DNA of 64,000 nt from Candidatus Thalassarchaeaceae archaeon (GTDB taxonomy: Archaea > Thermoplasmatota > Poseidoniia > Poseidoniales > Thalassarchaeaceae): NCBI GenBank assembly GCA_023268715.1, contig JALRLV010000001.1:70383-134382 (forward strand). The letters are read 5' to 3'. The notes beneath the pieces were generated by a model. That model saw nothing but the letters and a program-made list of their open reading frames with translations. It was not told the DNA's origin and ran no database searches. Each line of letters begins with the position of its first letter. The stretch's first letter is position 1. This document shows positions 18,978 through 27,613 of this stretch, piece by piece. The translations under genes were made by a program, and so were the position numbers.

Positions 18978-20912
18978 ATGGTGAATGTCAAGGGTTGGAG
19001 TTTACCCAAGCCTCGTAGCACTGGTCCTCCTTTCCAAACCAAGTCTTCTGTAGTTGCAGTGATGGAACAAGTAGGGGTGCTACTGGAACTAGATGGTGCC
19101 AATGTGTTCAGGGTTAGGGCATACCAAAATGCCAGCCGTGCATTGGCTTCGATGGAAGAAGACCTGCTAAGTGTTGTACAAGATGGAAGGCTGGTTGAGG
19201 TCAAGGGAATAGGTAAAGGAATCAGTGGCTTAGTAACAGAGGCTGTGATGGAAGGTACTTGGGGTGATTTACCTCAATTATATGAAAAAATTCCGCCCGG
19301 ATTAATCGAAATTGTAGGGATACCCGGATTGGGGCCAAAACGCGCCCGAGTTATGTATGAGGAACTTGGAGTAGATTCAGTTGAATCTTTGAAGATAGCA
19401 TGTGAAATGGGCCATGTAGCTCCCCTTTCCGGTTTTGGAGAGAAGAGCCAACAAAAATATCTCGAAGGAATTGAATTATTGCGCCGCTACCAAGGTCGTT
19501 CCCGAATGGACGTAGGCCTGATGTTTGGGCGCGCACTAGAGTCGAGGGTTGCCGCTATCCCCGGCGTTACTCGGGCGCAACTCGCAGGCAGTGCACGGCG
19601 TCGCAGAGAAACTATTGGAGACCTAGATATCGTAGTCGCAGCAGAACCCGCAAATCATGATAGAGTCGTCAAGGCTATTCTATCTCTTCCTGGAATTGCT
19701 GAGGTGAAGGGCTCTGGTGAGTCAAAGGTTAGCCTGATTTTGGAACAAGATATGCTATCTGGTGCTGAATCAGTAGGAAGTCTTGATGCCCAACTTGCGG
19801 AATCTATGATGGAGCGAAGCGGGGATGCGACAATCGATGCTCAAGTCAGAATAGTTCCCCCAGAAACGTTCCCATTCACTTTGGCCTACTTTACAGGTTC
19901 TAAAGAACACAATATCCGAATGCGTCAATTGGCAATAGATCGAGGGCTTAGATTGAATGAATTTGGCCTATTCTCTGAGAAAGAGGCAGGCGATGCAATA
20001 GGCATGGAGGCGGCCAAATATACTCTAGAATGCGCAGATGAGAAGGATATCTATCGTCATCTAGGACTTGAGTGGGTGCCTCCTGAAATGCGTGAAGATA
20101 CAGGTGAAATTGAAGCCGCTCAATCTTCTTCTTTACCTAATCTGATTCAACCAGAACAAATTCGTGGAGCACTTCATAATCACACAGTCGCTTCCGACGG
20201 AGTAAACACACTGGAAGAAATGGCGGCAGCGGCACAGGTATTAGGTTGGGAATATCTTGGTATTGCTGACCACTCTGAAATTCTCAATATCGGTGGTCGA
20301 CAAATTGGTATTCCTGCGGATGGAATACCCGTACAAGCTGAAATGATTCGAGCACTCAATGAAGGCTGGGCTGACGCAGGTCTGGATTTCCGAATATTCC
20401 ATGGTTCAGAGTGTGATATCTTAGTAGATGGTGGCTTAGATTATCCAGATGAAACGCGTCAATCGATGAGCCATATAGTGGGCTCAGTACACGCTTTGGG
20501 TAGTTGGAGAAATCGAGACGAAATTGAAAACACCGAAGCACTAATTCGGGCTGTAGAAAACCCTACTTTTACCATCTTAGGACACCCGACTGGAAGAATA
20601 TTACAGGGCAGAGAAGGATTCCCTGTGGACATGCATGCCGTTTTACGAAGAATGGGGGAACTAAACTCAGAAGGTCAATTGAAGGCTGTTGAAATTAACG
20701 CATCTCCATATAGATTAGACCTTGATTGGAGGCTCTGTAATTATGCCAAACAGCAAGGCGTACCGGTTTGCATCAACCCTGATGCGCATGGAACTGAGGG
20801 TTTAGCTGATGTTTGGTATGGCGTTCAAATCGCTCGAAAGGGTTGGTTAGAGGCAGCGGATGTGCTGAACACAAAGACGGGTTCAGAGATGGAACAACTA
20901 CTGGGCCTCTGA
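18978..20912 (+). CDS. polX: Family X DNA polymerase with C-terminal PHP phosphoesterase domain
   Basis: It has LELDGANVFRVRAYQNASRAL, helix-hairpin-helix motifs (GIGKGI, GLGPKRA) and the catalytic GSARRRRETIGDLDIVVA. The PHP motif is HNHTVASDG. The start is uncertain: 18915, 18978 or 19062. Confidence 0.85.
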   Translation: MVNVKGWSLPKPRSTGPPFQTKSSVVAVMEQVGVLLELDGANVFRVRAYQNASRALASMEEDLLSVVQDGRLVEVKGIGKGISGLVTEAVMEGTWGDLPQLYEKIPPGLIEIVGIPGLGPKRARVMYEELGVDSVESLKIACEMGHVAPLSGFGEKSQQKYLEGIELLRRYQGRSRMDVGLMFGRALESRVAAIPGVTRAQLAGSARRRRETIGDLDIVVAAEPANHDRVVKAILSLPGIAEVKGSGESKVSLILEQDMLSGAESVGSLDAQLAESMMERSGDATIDAQVRIVPPETFPFTLAYFTGSKEHNIRMRQLAIDRGLRLNEFGLFSEKEAGDAIGMEAAKYTLECADEKDIYRHLGLEWVPPEMREDTGEIEAAQSSSLPNLIQPEQIRGALHNHTVASDGVNTLEEMAAAAQVLGWEYLGIADHSEILNIGGRQIGIPADGIPVQAEMIRALNEGWADAGLDFRIFHGSECDILVDGGLDYPDETRQSMSHIVGSVHALGSWRNRDEIENTEALIRAVENPTFTILGHPTGRILQGREGFPVDMHAVLRRMGELNSEGQLKAVEINASPYRLDLDWRLCNYAKQQGVPVCINPDAHGTEGLADVWYGVQIARKGWLEAADVLNTKTGSEMEQLLGL

Positions 20913-20947
20913 CGAAGGTTGATGACCATTGTATTCTAGCCACGTCC

Positions 20948-21154
20948 ATGCGCCCAATGCGAGGACTAGTGTTTGTAACCGTGTCATTGTTACCTGCATT
21001 ATTTGCTGGAATAGCTGCATACTTCGTTTTAGGGGGTACTGCCGGAGATGAATGGGAGACTTGGATGTACGGCCCTTGTTACTTAGTTCCTGGATTAATT
21101 GTGGGTGGTTCACTTTACCTCGGACTTCGGGATGAGGGGGAAATTAAGCAATGA
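20948..21154 (+). CDS. Small two-TM membrane protein
   Basis: The sequence is MRPMRGLVFVTVSLLPALFAGIAAYFVLGG... It overlaps the nth start by 4 nt, which suggests translational coupling. Confidence 0.4.
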   Translation: MRPMRGLVFVTVSLLPALFAGIAAYFVLGGTAGDEWETWMYGPCYLVPGLIVGGSLYLGLRDEGEIKQ

Positions 21155-21798
21155 ATAGAGCCGATAAGGCTAACAAAATCGGGGCGCAGCTAGACGGATT
21201 ATACCCTGAAACTCCAATTCCTTTGGACCATACTGACCCCTACACTTTGTTGGTCGCGGTTATGCTTTCCGCACAGACAACTGACAAGAAGGTAAACGAG
21301 GTGACCCCGGCTTTGTTTGCGAGAGCAGACAATCCAGAAAAGATGGCCTCTCTGGAAGTTGAAGAAATTCAGAGTTTAATTCGAGAAATCGGACTCGCGC
21401 CAACCAAAGCTAAGAATCTTAAATTAATGGCAGAACAAATACTGCAAGAGGGAGGAGAAATTATCCCGGATTGGGCATTCTTAGAATCACTTGCCGGTGT
21501 TGGGCACAAGACTGCTAGCGTGGTTATGGCACAAGCATTCGGAGTGCCGGCGTTCCCGGTAGATACACACATTCACCGTTTAGCAAGTCGATGGGGTTTG
21601 TCCAAGGCGCGAAATGTAGAGCAAACTGAAAGGGATCTGAAGTCTGTTTTTCCAATCGATACTTGGAATCGTCGTCATCTGCAAATCATTTTCTTCGGAC
21701 GGGAATATTGCCCAGCACGCAATCACAATCTCTCTGACTGCCCAATTTGTGGCTGGGCGGCCAGTAAAAAACGAATTCGAGAAGAATCGAAGCGATAG
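21151..21798 (+). CDS. nth: Endonuclease III (HhH-GPD DNA glycosylase/AP lyase)
   Basis: It has LLVAVMLSAQTTDKKVN, the HhH motif LAGVGHKTASVVM and the catalytic Asp region PVDTHIHR. The C-terminal Cys cluster is CPARNHNLSDCPIC. Confidence 0.9.
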   Translation: MNRADKANKIGAQLDGLYPETPIPLDHTDPYTLLVAVMLSAQTTDKKVNEVTPALFARADNPEKMASLEVEEIQSLIREIGLAPTKAKNLKLMAEQILQEGGEIIPDWAFLESLAGVGHKTASVVMAQAFGVPAFPVDTHIHRLASRWGLSKARNVEQTERDLKSVFPIDTWNRRHLQIIFFGREYCPARNHNLSDCPICGWAASKKRIREESKR

Positions 21799-21802
21799 GA
21801 AA

Positions 21803-22135
21803 TCAATGTCTAACTAACATCCAGACACCAGCGATACATAGTGCCGCTCCACCAAGTTGCAATGAATATTGTAGTGAAGAAAGAAGGTCCCGTGAATCTC
21901 TTCCATCCTGACACTGTCCCTCATCCCAGCCGGTAAATTGTCCAATTTGGCCAGTCGTGCTATCGCAATTTTCCTCCAACTGATTATCGATGTAATCAAC
22001 CGCCACACCTGCTCCAAACCAACCAATCAGAAATAACACTCCGAGAATTAGCGAAATGGCCCCTGAAATCTTTCCTGCTTTACCCATATCTCTGAACTGA
22101 CAGCCTTGTTTTTTCAATGCTACCAATACGAGCAT
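21803..22135 (-). CDS. Small membrane protein, unknown function
   Basis: 110-aa ORF with two hydrophobic helices flanking a Cys/acidic loop. I recognise no family. Confidence 0.4.
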   Translation of the reverse strand: MLVLVALKKQGCQFRDMGKAGKISGAISLILGVLFLIGWFGAGVAVDYIDNQLEENCDSTTGQIGQFTGWDEGQCQDGRDSRDLLSSLQYSLQLGGAALCIAGVWMLVRH

Positions 22136-22163
22136 TCATCACCCCCGTTTATTTGGGAAAATT

Positions 22164-22652
22164 ATGAGCAACGAGTTGGTGAATTTTGAGGTTGGCCAAA
22201 ACGCCCCAGATTTTGAAGCTGAATTGACAGACGGAACCATGATTAGGCTAAGTAAAATCCTTGATGGAGGCGAAAAAGTAATTCTATACTTTTATCCAAA
22301 AGATTCAACGCCTGGATGTACTAAGCAAGCCTGTGATTTTAGGGATAATTTTGGCCGATTAAAAGCAGTGGGATACCGAGTTATCGGCGTTTCCAAGGAT
22401 TCCTCAAAATCCCACTCCAACTTCATACAGAAGCATGACCTGAATTTCGAATTAATTGTCGACCAGGACATCGAATTACACAAGAAGTACGGTGTATGGA
22501 GAGAGAAGATGAATTACGGAAAGACATACTTAGGCGTCTCACGTTCTACTTTTGTTATTGGATTAGACGGAAATTTCGAATTTGTTGGCTATAATGTAAG
22601 AGCGACCGGTCATGTTGAGAGGCTGATGAAGGAACTCGGAGTTGAGAGTTAA
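22164..22652 (+). CDS. bcp: Thioredoxin-dependent thiol peroxidase (peroxiredoxin Bcp/PrxQ)
   Basis: It has YFYPKDSTPGCTKQACDF, with peroxidatic and resolving Cys in a CxxxxC arrangement. Confidence 0.9.
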   Translation: MSNELVNFEVGQNAPDFEAELTDGTMIRLSKILDGGEKVILYFYPKDSTPGCTKQACDFRDNFGRLKAVGYRVIGVSKDSSKSHSNFIQKHDLNFELIVDQDIELHKKYGVWREKMNYGKTYLGVSRSTFVIGLDGNFEFVGYNVRATGHVERLMKELGVES

Positions 22653-23482
22653 TGGATATCGACGAACGACGAAAAGTGGTATCTAGATACCTTCGTCGTT
22701 GCGTCACATACTCCGATGCATCAATCGCTCGAAAAGTATCGAGAAAAGAAGACCCCACGGAGATTGCCCGGTGGCAAGCATTCCGTGAATTCACAGCGTA
22801 TTCTGCTACTGAGATGGAATCAGGCGCCCTAGATACTTGGCTAACCGACGAAGAGGGGGATCCACCACCCCCTCCAAAGATAGGAGACGGCTCATACAAA
22901 ATCGATGTTGACGCCTTAGGATTCAGAGAAAGGAGAGCATGGCTTGCCTCTCTACTAATGCCAAAGCCTGTGGTTCTTGTCGGCACTAAATCAAAATCAG
23001 GAGTTGAAAACATAGCACCGATGTCTTCAATCAGTATTGTCTCAAATCACCCTCCCCTTCTTGCCCTGTCATTATCAACCAATAGAGAGGGTAGGCCTAG
23101 AGATACTCTGGCAAACCTACAGGAAGAAGGAATAGGTTCCAAAGTCTCGATATTTATCTTGAATGCGGATTTAGAATCTGCAAGCGCTGTAAATAAAACG
23201 GTCAAACCTGTACCAAGAGAACAGTCAGAATGGGACTTCTTACCGGAATCAGCGCCAAATTATGATTCAGCGTTATGTGCAATTAAATGCAGAGTGGTAG
23301 ATTTCTACTCTCTTCCAGAAGATGCTGTTGGAACTTTAGTAATCCTTAGAGTGGAGGAAATCGAGGCACCAGAAGGAGTAGATTCCGAATCAATACCCGT
23401 GAAACTATTCCAGATAGGTTTCGACAAACTTGGGCCTGGGCCAAGCGATTCGGATTGGCGCAGTAAAATTGACTATGCCTAA
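22652..23482 (+). CDS. Flavin reductase-like (FMN-binding split-barrel) domain protein with ~100-aa N-terminal extension
   Basis: The segment VVLVGTKSKSGVENIAPMSSISIVSNHPPLLALSL resembles the flavin reductase-like domain core. Its start overlaps the bcp stop (TAATG). Confidence 0.6.
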   Translation: MDIDERRKVVSRYLRRCVTYSDASIARKVSRKEDPTEIARWQAFREFTAYSATEMESGALDTWLTDEEGDPPPPPKIGDGSYKIDVDALGFRERRAWLASLLMPKPVVLVGTKSKSGVENIAPMSSISIVSNHPPLLALSLSTNREGRPRDTLANLQEEGIGSKVSIFILNADLESASAVNKTVKPVPREQSEWDFLPESAPNYDSALCAIKCRVVDFYSLPEDAVGTLVILRVEEIEAPEGVDSESIPVKLFQIGFDKLGPGPSDSDWRSKIDYA

Positions 23483-23946
23483 TCATCAGATAATTGGCTC
23501 CATTGAGCCATACCTAGCTTGTGTTTTTCAGTATCAACTCGCATATTCCGACCAGCAATCATCAGCAGGGTGTCCGATTCGTTTAGAGCAAACACTGGAA
23601 GACCTGTTTGTTGACCTAGAGTCTCGATACGTCGTCGACAAACATCCTGTTGGCTAGGCATATGGGTAAGTGAGCCGAGGTCTACAATCACAAGATTCCC
23701 CTGAGCTAAATTATGAGACATACCATCTAGATTCAATCGATGCAAATCATCGGGTTTAATGTAGTGAACAAAACGTTCAGCCTCGCCGATTAATTTGTGC
23801 GTTCTCTCGGCCCAAATGTCCTTCCCCAAATCATGGAATGAATCGTTATTCTGTGGCCCTGGGTCGGCTGATCGAGGAGGCCTCTTTACCTGTTCTGCCG
23901 ACTTCGAAGGGTCGGGTAGTCCAAGTAATCTGAATAGATTAACCAC
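23479..23946 (-). CDS. sepF: SepF-like cell-division protein (DUF552 family)
   Basis: It has an N-terminal amphipathic segment (MVNLFRLLGL). The C-terminal core, AQGNLVIVDLGSL...RRRIETLGQQTGLPVFALNESDTLLMIAGRNMRV, resembles archaeal SepF. Confidence 0.55.
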   Translation of the reverse strand: MVNLFRLLGLPDPSKSAEQVKRPPRSADPGPQNNDSFHDLGKDIWAERTHKLIGEAERFVHYIKPDDLHRLNLDGMSHNLAQGNLVIVDLGSLTHMPSQQDVCRRRIETLGQQTGLPVFALNESDTLLMIAGRNMRVDTEKHKLGMAQWSQLSDD

Positions 23947-24031
23947 AGTTACTGGAGAAACTCTTCCGCAATGAGTGCTTCGCTAAAGTTCGGCAGTAAA
24001 GAACGGTTATTGACAGTCCTGCTGATAGCCG

Positions 24032-27000
24032 TCACTCTTCTTCGTTGAGTGAATCGAAGTCTTCCAATAAATCATTGAGTACATCGTCATTAACTACTTC
24101 GGATAATCTTGCTTGTTCGTACTCTTCATCGAGTTCACTCATCTGTAAAACTGGTGTTTCCTCCGGTACAATTGATTCAGTTTCTTGTGTCGTTGGCTTT
24201 TCTTTTGTTTCCAGCAATTTACCTTCGTCGTTTCTTTTTTGTTCTTGTACACGCCTCTTGGTTTTATCCTGACTGAACGGATCAAATTCAGGGTCATCAA
24301 AAGCATCATCCACGGATACTTTACGTCCCCGCTTTGCTTCTGCAGGGGCTTTAACCAAATCGTCCGGCTGGCGTATTTTGACATATGCAAAACCTCCGCC
24401 ACCGGCCAGGATGATTAAAATTAGAACTATCATGATTGGTGAGGTGAGTAAATTCCCAAAGCTAAACGGCGCCTCCTCTACATTTAAGGTAATTATCATT
24501 GAATCAGATAATTCCTCATCCATCACTGTTAGTTTCACAGTTAGGGTGCCGGATGTATCAGTTTTCCATTCAAACCACTGCCCCACGTAATCTTCATCAT
24601 CTGAAGGGTTACCATTTCCATCGCTATCGGTTGTTACATCCAAATCCCAGACATACCTCAATGTTTCAAGGTCATGACTCGAATCGGTTGTAAGATTCGC
24701 ACTCAAAACAATGATGTCTCCTATTGTTGGATTTTGATTACTCACCGTTGCATATGCTTCCGGTTTGACGTTATTTACAGCGATTGGAATCTCTACTGAT
24801 GCGGACTCGCCATCATCGTCTGTAGTGTGGAAAATTATTGCTGATGGTGCCTGTTGGGCATCTGGCCAGGAACCAATAAATTGATTTCCTTCGAAATCAC
24901 AATCATCGTCTGAATCACCTATTTCATCGCTATTAACTTCCGGGTTAAGATCGAAACAACTGACTAGATTTTCTAGATCCCCAACAGTGTCCCAAACACT
25001 AGCAGAGATGATCATTTCGTCGTCTTCTTTAACAGGTAGCGGGTTACTGATTGGGTCTATCTCTGGAGCGACATTCACTACTTCAATTGCCACCACTAAA
25101 GTCTCAGAACTAGCATCGTCATCGTCGGTCACTACGAGTGTTGCAAGGTGTAATCCGGATGTTTTGTAGGTATATTCGATAATCGAATTTTGGCCGACGC
25201 TTTCTAGCATTATCTCAGGATGATCTTCCGCATCTGGTGACCATAGATGGACTAGATTGTCAATGTCATTTTGGGAGTCCTCGGCAGAGCCCCTAATCTC
25301 AATAAAGTCACCTTCATTGATTGTGTAGACTCCTCTAGAGTCTGGAGTTAATCTAGTGTTTGAAAACCATATTTCTGCCTCCAATCCAGATGGGGCGATA
25401 TTTGTCACTTCAACCGTCACTTCTTCCGTAGTAGTTGTTCCATCATCATCTATCGCAATTACCTCAATAGTGTAGTTTCCTTCTTGAGTAGGGGTTACTG
25501 TGCATCTCGCGCTGACGGTACTCCCTTCCTCACAAGAGGCCTGCCAGGATATATCGACAGGTGAAGTTGGATTGTTCGTATCTATATCTTCACGATGGGT
25601 GACTTCAAATGTCAAGGAAGAAAGTACTGGGACAGAATATGAAGATGCGACAACAACAATTTCAGGAGGGCGATTTAGTACTATGAAGGTCTCTTCGATT
25701 GTATCTGTATCGCTCTCGCCATCTGTAGTTATCAATCGGACTAGATATTCTCCATCATCTTCCCATACTAGGTCATGGACACAATCATCATCCTCTATGG
25801 TTTCTATAATGCCGGATGTGGATTCAATCTCAAACACACATTCTACGCCTCCACCATCTGGATCAATTGATAATGATGCATCAAGAGTCGCAGTCTCATA
25901 TGTTAGAAGAGGAGAATTCGTCGTCAATTCTGCAACTGGCAATCTTCCGATGTAGATGCTAAACAAACCTAGGTTATTGCTTCGATTTCCATCATTTGTT
26001 ATTACTTCTGCTTCATCGACAATGAATTCCAACACCGCATTACCAATGGGTTGGCCTGCGGGTACTTCCCAATCCAATTCTACTCGCTGTTCTTCCAAAC
26101 TTGCCAATGCGGGAACGTAGCTTGTAGAAGATACACCGTTGGGGCCAGTTACTCTTAGGTCGGTTTCTGGAGAAGTCAGTATGCCCCTGTTTACGACTGG
26201 CACACTGAATGTTAGGATATCTCCGGGAACTGCGTTAAATCCGATTGCTGGATTCAGGCTGACTGTTCGGTCCCCCCTAGTTCTCTCTATGCTAACTCCA
26301 GCTGCATTTGCTACCAAATCGACTGGGTGAACATTCTGGTCAATTATCAGAGTTGTAGTCCCAACTTGGGGGAAGTTTCCATCAATCCATGCAATCACTC
26401 CGTGTGATCCATGTTCAGTTCCTCCATCTGATTGGTCTGGATCATTTCCTGTATTGAAATCTACAACGAACTGACCATAGGAATCAGTAGTGAAAGTTCT
26501 GATGTCTTCATCAATTTCGAAGCGGAATTCCACATTTTGATTTGACACTGGGTTCCCTGTGGTGTCAGTCAGCGAAACCGTCGCATCCATCTGCATGTCT
26601 AGAGGTGACAACTGGAATTCGACATCAACATCTATTTCGTTAATCCTAGAGGATTTTTGGTACCAACTTAACTCATGGGTTGCGATGAACCCAATACTTT
26701 CAGTTGTTGAACTTTTAATGTCCTTACTTATCGCTGGACAATACCATTTGTATCCAGTTTCATCACCATTTGAGTCCTGTGTTGTGATATTATAAGATTG
26801 AGCACATCCACTGTATGTTACTCCTGAACTTCCTCGTGAAACTACTTCCCAAGATGTGCTGTTGGTAGTGCTTGTGTCGGATGGAATGCTGACGTAATCA
26901 CTGCTTCCTGAATATGTTGTATCCTGAGAGTAAGTAGTCTCCCAAGTTTCTCCAACACTGATTGGGAAATCATATCCTTCCAAAGCAGGATCGTATTCGT

Positions 27001-27571
27001 TAGTTACAACTAAATCTGCTACGTTTATAGTGTACGTCCACCACCAAATTTGATAGTCAAAATCGATGTCTATTGTAGCCTCTTGTTCAATTGATGCCAA
27101 ATCAGAGGCTCGGATTATTTCGACTGTATCTATTTCTATAATCAAGTCTCCATCATTGCCAGATAATTCGATGTTTTGAGCCTCATACTGACCCTCTGAT
27201 TCAACTTTGTAAACCAAGGTCGAAACTCCTTCGACAGTTGTGGTATAGATGTCTGTCACTTGGGTGTCTAGATTTCCGCTTAAGGTCTCGACATTGGTAG
27301 CAACTCCACTGTCTGCGACAAATTCTCTTACGTCCAGAAAGCCACTGTAATACCAACGATCGCCTATCCGCCAATCGGGAACATCAACAATGTTCAGAGA
27401 GTTCCGATTTACGTCTCTTTCTTCAATTTCTTCGGCTAATTCTCGATTTTGATTGGAATCACCAATAAAACTCATTGCAGGCGCAAAAATTAGCATCAAT
27501 ATGACAGCAAATCCGTGGAATTTGTTGCCTGACACAGAACTTCCGACACTTGGTCGACTCATCAACTTCAC
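24032..27571 (-). CDS. Giant cell-surface protein with repeated Ig-like/PKD-type modules, C-terminal TM anchor and acidic cytoplasmic tail
   Basis: 1179 aa. It has an N-terminal TM/signal segment (FAVILMLIFAPAMSF) and multiple Asp/Thr-rich beta-sandwich-like repeats. The C-terminal TM is IMIVLILIILAGGGGFAYV, followed by a charged tail of about 130 aa. Confidence 0.75.
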   Translation of the reverse strand: MKLMSRPSVGSSVSGNKFHGFAVILMLIFAPAMSFIGDSNQNRELAEEIEERDVNRNSLNIVDVPDWRIGDRWYYSGFLDVREFVADSGVATNVETLSGNLDTQVTDIYTTTVEGVSTLVYKVESEGQYEAQNIELSGNDGDLIIEIDTVEIIRASDLASIEQEATIDIDFDYQIWWWTYTINVADLVVTNEYDPALEGYDFPISVGETWETTYSQDTTYSGSSDYVSIPSDTSTTNSTSWEVVSRGSSGVTYSGCAQSYNITTQDSNGDETGYKWYCPAISKDIKSSTTESIGFIATHELSWYQKSSRINEIDVDVEFQLSPLDMQMDATVSLTDTTGNPVSNQNVEFRFEIDEDIRTFTTDSYGQFVVDFNTGNDPDQSDGGTEHGSHGVIAWIDGNFPQVGTTTLIIDQNVHPVDLVANAAGVSIERTRGDRTVSLNPAIGFNAVPGDILTFSVPVVNRGILTSPETDLRVTGPNGVSSTSYVPALASLEEQRVELDWEVPAGQPIGNAVLEFIVDEAEVITNDGNRSNNLGLFSIYIGRLPVAELTTNSPLLTYETATLDASLSIDPDGGGVECVFEIESTSGIIETIEDDDCVHDLVWEDDGEYLVRLITTDGESDTDTIEETFIVLNRPPEIVVVASSYSVPVLSSLTFEVTHREDIDTNNPTSPVDISWQASCEEGSTVSARCTVTPTQEGNYTIEVIAIDDDGTTTTEEVTVEVTNIAPSGLEAEIWFSNTRLTPDSRGVYTINEGDFIEIRGSAEDSQNDIDNLVHLWSPDAEDHPEIMLESVGQNSIIEYTYKTSGLHLATLVVTDDDDASSETLVVAIEVVNVAPEIDPISNPLPVKEDDEMIISASVWDTVGDLENLVSCFDLNPEVNSDEIGDSDDDCDFEGNQFIGSWPDAQQAPSAIIFHTTDDDGESASVEIPIAVNNVKPEAYATVSNQNPTIGDIIVLSANLTTDSSHDLETLRYVWDLDVTTDSDGNGNPSDDEDYVGQWFEWKTDTSGTLTVKLTVMDEELSDSMIITLNVEEAPFSFGNLLTSPIMIVLILIILAGGGGFAYVKIRQPDDLVKAPAEAKRGRKVSVDDAFDDPEFDPFSQDKTKRRVQEQKRNDEGKLLETKEKPTTQETESIVPEETPVLQMSELDEEYEQARLSEVVNDDVLNDLLEDFDSLNEEE

Positions 27572-27613
27572 TCCGACGCGGACTTGCCGGGTCTAGATGA
27601 TAAATCTCTGTTT

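Noticed and set aside
18915-19061. N-terminal extensions of the longest ORFs: polX from 18915, glutaredoxin from 13178, cysS from 33280, ileS to 42312, moeB-like to 5135 and copZ from 44713.
   Set aside because: The extensions overlap upstream genes or AT-rich promoters and lack similarity to the expected family N-termini. Internal starts were chosen but remain unverified.
23947-24031. Possible C/D-box sRNA, from ATGAGTG ... CTGA elements about 55 nt apart.
   Set aside because: The C box deviates from RUGAUGA. The putative D' and C' boxes are degenerate. The second guide region would be only about 8 nt.
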